64,000 nt of DNA from Podarcis cretensis (Eukaryota): the NCBI GenBank assembly GCA_951804945.1, contig OX638156.1:35464001-35528000 (forward strand), read 5' to 3'. The notes beneath the pieces were generated by a model that was not told the DNA's origin, did not search any database, and saw only the letters and a program-made list of their open reading frames with translations. The position numbers were made by a program, and so were the translations under genes. Shown one piece after another: positions 60,049 through 64,000 of the stretch (position 1 is its first letter; each line of letters opens with the position of its first letter).

Positions 60049-63000
60049 CTTGTGCTGGGGGGCTCTGCAGTGGTGTTGCAGGCCCTGCCGGGGGGCTGTC
60101 ACTGCTATCCCCAAAGAGAGCGGCCTGGTGACCAGACCCCTCACTCGTAGTCCTGTCCCCAGCCACTGGCAGGGTGGAGCTCAACTCCTCAGCTCCTGCT
60201 GGCTTGGGGCTCCGGGGAGATGGCAGCTGGCCTGGCCCTAGCGAGGGCTTCCTGGCTATGGGCGGAGGGATCTTCCGGGCCTGGGGCTTTCCTGAGCCCT
60301 GCTGGGGGAGCCCCAGGGCTGCCGTGGACCGCTGACCAGAGACGTTCATCAGTTCCGCAACCAGGTTCTTCTTCAGGTTGGCCTGGGCCTCTGGGGAGGC
60401 TGAGGTGTCGATGACCAGCTTCTTGGGGCTCTTGGCGAAGATGAAGCTGGCCGTCGAAGCCGGGGACTTGTGGTGGGGGGACACTTGGTCCTCTTTCGCC
60501 TCGCCGGTGGGAGCAGCTGCTGCAGTGGGGAAAGCCGGCAGTGTCAGCCGGTGGCCAGCCTTCCTCTCAGCCCCTCTGAGGCCTGGCGCGTCTCTGGAAG
60601 ACAGTGTGGAGGCCTTCAGGCGCACGGCATCGTGCAGGGGGTTTGAAGATGTACTGCTGTCCTTCGGGGCCCTCAAGGAGAGCGACTTGCGGACAGGCTT
60701 CTGTGGGGCAGGCTGCCCCAGCTTCCCGCTGACCCCAGTGCTTGGCCCGTTCTGCTCCGCCACGGGGTTGGCTTCCGCTGGGCTCGCAGCAGGGGCGTGG
60801 GTGTCCATGTGGACCGAGCGCAGGCGGACCATCTGCAGCAGGGAAGGGGTTACAATGGGGAGGCTGGCGTCCTCCTTTGGCGTGGAGTTGCTCTTGCTGC
60901 GAGACGCCGGCTCTTTCTTAAGCTCGGGGTGGGCGCTGGCGGCAGGCTTCTTAAGGCTGGGCTGGGCTTGGAGGCTGGAGGTTGTTGCCGCTGGGCCAGT
61001 GGGCTTCCAGTGGAGGGAAGTTTCTCCTGCCACGGGGAACTTGGGAGGTGGTGGCGGCTCTGCTTGAGGAGCTGGCAGTGGTGCGGCGTCCAGCGCCCCC
61101 TGCTGCTGGATCTTGGAGGACACTCTTGTGGAGAAGGAGGGCGAAGAGGCAGGCGCTTGGCCCTCCTCTGCAAGGGCTGCTCTTTGGTTGGCCGGCTGCT
61201 CCTTCTCCGCAGGAGCTGCCACAGTGACTTGAAGGGAGGGTGTCCCCACAGCCTGCAGCTGGGGCTCTGGCAGGGGCGGCACAAAGTAGGCCTCGTCCGG
61301 GGGAGGAAAGTCGGCCATGGAGAGGTCATGAGCGTCAGGCACGGGTGGGGGCGGAGGGGGCCACAGAGGATCCGCAGGAGCGTCCGGCACGGTCTCAGAA
61401 GGTGTAGGGGCAGCTGGGGCCTCCGGAATGGAACTGGCCTTCTTCGCTGGGGGTGGTGGCGGGTGGTAGGCTGGAGGGGGAGACGGAGGAGGCGACCCGC
61501 GACTAGCTTTCAAAAGGACAGCGGGCTGTTGGTGAGGTTGGCCCGCGGGGGCCAGGGCACTGGCAGGTTTGGGTTCCGCTAGTTGGCCCTGGGTAGGTGG
61601 AGGGGAGAAAGGAGCTGGCACCTTGGGGTGAGGAGGGATAAGGAACCTGTCCATTTTATTCAGAGTGGGGGCAGCGTTGGCAGAGGGTCCTGCTGAAGGC
61701 GGGGCCGTCCCCTCCACAGCGGCTGGATCCGAGGCAGAGGAGGACAAGGATGTCAGGGAGGAGGAGACGGAGGGCCCCGGGGATTGCAGGGAGCAGACCC
61801 GCTCCGGCTTCTTTGGTTGGGGCCTCTTCTTCCCGGAGGGCGAGGCGTGGGCCACGAGGCCCTTGGTATGGAGGGTGGGCGTGCCGCTCTGACTTGAGTA
61901 CCCGCTGGAGGGCGACATTGTGCGGCCAAAGTGGTCGGGGGAGCTGTGCTTCGAGGGGACTTCCGAAGTCTCATCCACTTGCCCCTCCTCTCGGATGGTC
62001 GGGCTCCGGTGAGAGATGTTGGGAGAGCAGGCCAGGCTGTCAGAACGGAGGCTGCTGGTCTCGCTCTGCGAGGAGGGGGAGAACACTTCGTCGTCCCCGG
62101 TTAGGCTGGGGCTCCCTAGCCGCCCCGCAGCCCACGCCTCGCTGCCTTCCCGTGGGGGCCTGCGCTCTGGCATGGGGGGCAGGCCCATCGCTCTGGGTGC
62201 CCCCTCGGCCTCCAGCTGCTGAGCCTTCTTGTGCAGGGAGTACGTCCTGCGCGGGGGTGCGGGGGCTCTCTTCATCTTCCTGAGGGAGACGCTGCGGGTG
62301 GAGGAACGGTCGCTCCGCACACTCATGCTGTCTGAGCCCTCTGCTGCACTGCCGGTGCTGTAGGCGGGGGAGGCCCGCCCGCTGCTTCCGGGGGGCCGCA
62401 CCCCAAGGAGGTGGGGGGAGGCAGGGGCGGCCTTGCCGCCGTGGCAGTTTGAGCTGGTGCCGCTCATGGAGCTGAAGGTACTGAGCTGGTCCAAGTCAGG
62501 TCTAGCCGCCACCCGGACCTGTCCGTCGGGCCTGGCCTCGCCTTTCCTGCTATCAGTGCCCCCGTGTGAGGAGATGGTGGAGGTGTTCGAAACGATGGTT
62601 TCCGTGGACTGGGAATGGCTCCAGTTGTCACTGGAGGAGGAGTGCTCGCGGCTGCGGGGGCCAGAAGGGAAGCGTCCCACCGAGCGCACAGAAGCTGGGC
62701 TGGCAGTCGAGAGGCTGCAGCGGCTCAGCGTGCGCACCTTGTTACGCGAGAGGGCGATGACGTCCACCATGGGAGGCATGACGGCGTTGGGGATGATCTT
62801 CGACAGGTAGGTACCCTGCGGAGAGATGGACATGACGGGGCCCAGCAGCTCGGGGGAGCCTGGCTGGGTGGTCATCCAGGGCACAGCCAGAGACTTGGGC
62901 CTGGCCAAGGGGGACAGCTTCGCCGCCGTCTTGCGCCCCAGGAGTGAGTCGTCGTAGTAGACGCAGTTGATGTGGCGCTGGAGGGAGCTGTCGGCCTCCA

Positions 63001-63195
63001 GGGCCTCCAGGGCCTGCAGGGAGACGCGGGCACCACCCTTGGGGATGGCGGTGGGCCGTAGTTTCCCATCAACGGTGGGGATGTGGATGGCATTGCCGTG
63101 GACCTCGCCACCATTCGAGAGGGCCGGAGGGGTCGCATCAGGTCGAACGGCAATGCTGCCCGGGCGTTTCTTTGCCTCATATCCGTTGCTCAGGC
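60049..63195 (-). CDS. KIAA1522: KIAA1522/NHSL3 large Ser/Pro-rich exon (3147 bp)
   Basis: Motifs ISPQGTYLSKIIPNAVMPPMVDVIAL, SSSSDNWSHSQSTETIVS, PAPPRRTYSLH, MSPSSGYSSQSGTPT, VTPSLLQMVRLRSV, SPASTASFIFAK; acceptor ctgcttcag, donor AAG|gtaagg; synteny. Confidence 0.93.
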
Positions 63196-64000
63196 CTGAA
63201 GCAGATAACACAAAGGAGATAAGGAATGAGGGGCCAGTGGGAAAAAACTATATAGCGCAAGCAGAAGAAATGAACTTCAGTGCTCTCAAGTCCCATAAAT
63301 GCTTCTCAGTCACCTTATTGGGTAACTGATAAGATGGAGAAGGAAGTCCCAGCGGTTGGACACCAAAACTGCATGCTGAAGCTCCTGGGTCCCACCAGCC
63401 AGGAGAAGAGAATGGGAGGAAAAGGAAGGGTCTGTCCTGGTGCTGGAAGGGTCCCAGCACCAAGTGAGCCATCAGCTCAGTGGATGACCAGGAACATGAC
63501 AACTCCCTCTCAACTTCCAGTCTCCACCTTGCAAAATATAGCATGGTGGCATCTTATGCGCAGTTAACGTGTGTCATTTAAACCTTGCACAGTTGAAGGC
63601 AGGCCGGTTCAAAATGCACATGTTAAATGCATGCAATGCAGAGAGCTTAAAAGCTCTATTGTGCCTCATTTTCACAGCACTGGAAGGGCTTTTAAGCTCT
63701 CAGCCTTGCTTGGAAGTCAAGGCCTGCTCAGCGCACAGGCTCTGGAAGGGATGCTGACACAGGAGCAGTTCCAAGTGTTTTGAGCATACACATTTTCAGA
63801 ACCCTTGGAAGCAAACCCCCGCAGTTACTAACTCACATAGTTGTGCTGCTGAGGTTTAATATTTTAACTCATTTTGCATGTTAAGAGTACAAAACATATG
63901 CTTTGCATATATTTAACCAGACATCTGTGTTTCTCGTTAGACTTCTGCCCCAAAACAGCATCCAGCTTCCTGAGTCTCTCCCTGCTCCCACATCTCATCC

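Noticed and set aside
60378-63329. Several long plus-strand ORFs (229, 261, 177 aa)
   Set aside because: Antisense to the GC-rich KIAA1522 exon; expected from codon bias

Overview
Vertebrate genomic DNA, almost certainly a lacertid lizard (inferred from the Sauria SINE, CORE-type SINE, hAT/mariner MITE and Penelope repertoire). The window holds the conserved amniote block FNDC5(+) - S100PBP(-) - shared CpG-island promoter - YARS1(+) - KIAA1522/NHSL3(-). I could assemble five FNDC5 coding exons (signal-peptide exon not found, probably upstream), four S100PBP coding exons (~433 aa, one donor uncertain), the complete 13-coding-exon YARS1 (528 aa) plus an apparent extra non-coding first exon, and the last two KIAA1522 exons. 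Introns are dense in transposons, many with intact target-site duplications. Best leads: an 825-bp solo LTR in a FNDC5 intron, most of which is a 197-aa acidic/basic ORF; a GC-AG intron in FNDC5 with a competing GT donor that would give a transmembrane-less irisin form; a non-mammalian FNDC5 C-terminus; uORFs in the S100PBP leader; and split hammerhead-ribozyme remnants of Penelope elements. No prokaryotic-type system (e.g. CRISPR) is present. Family names and comparisons with human proteins come from recall, not database searches.
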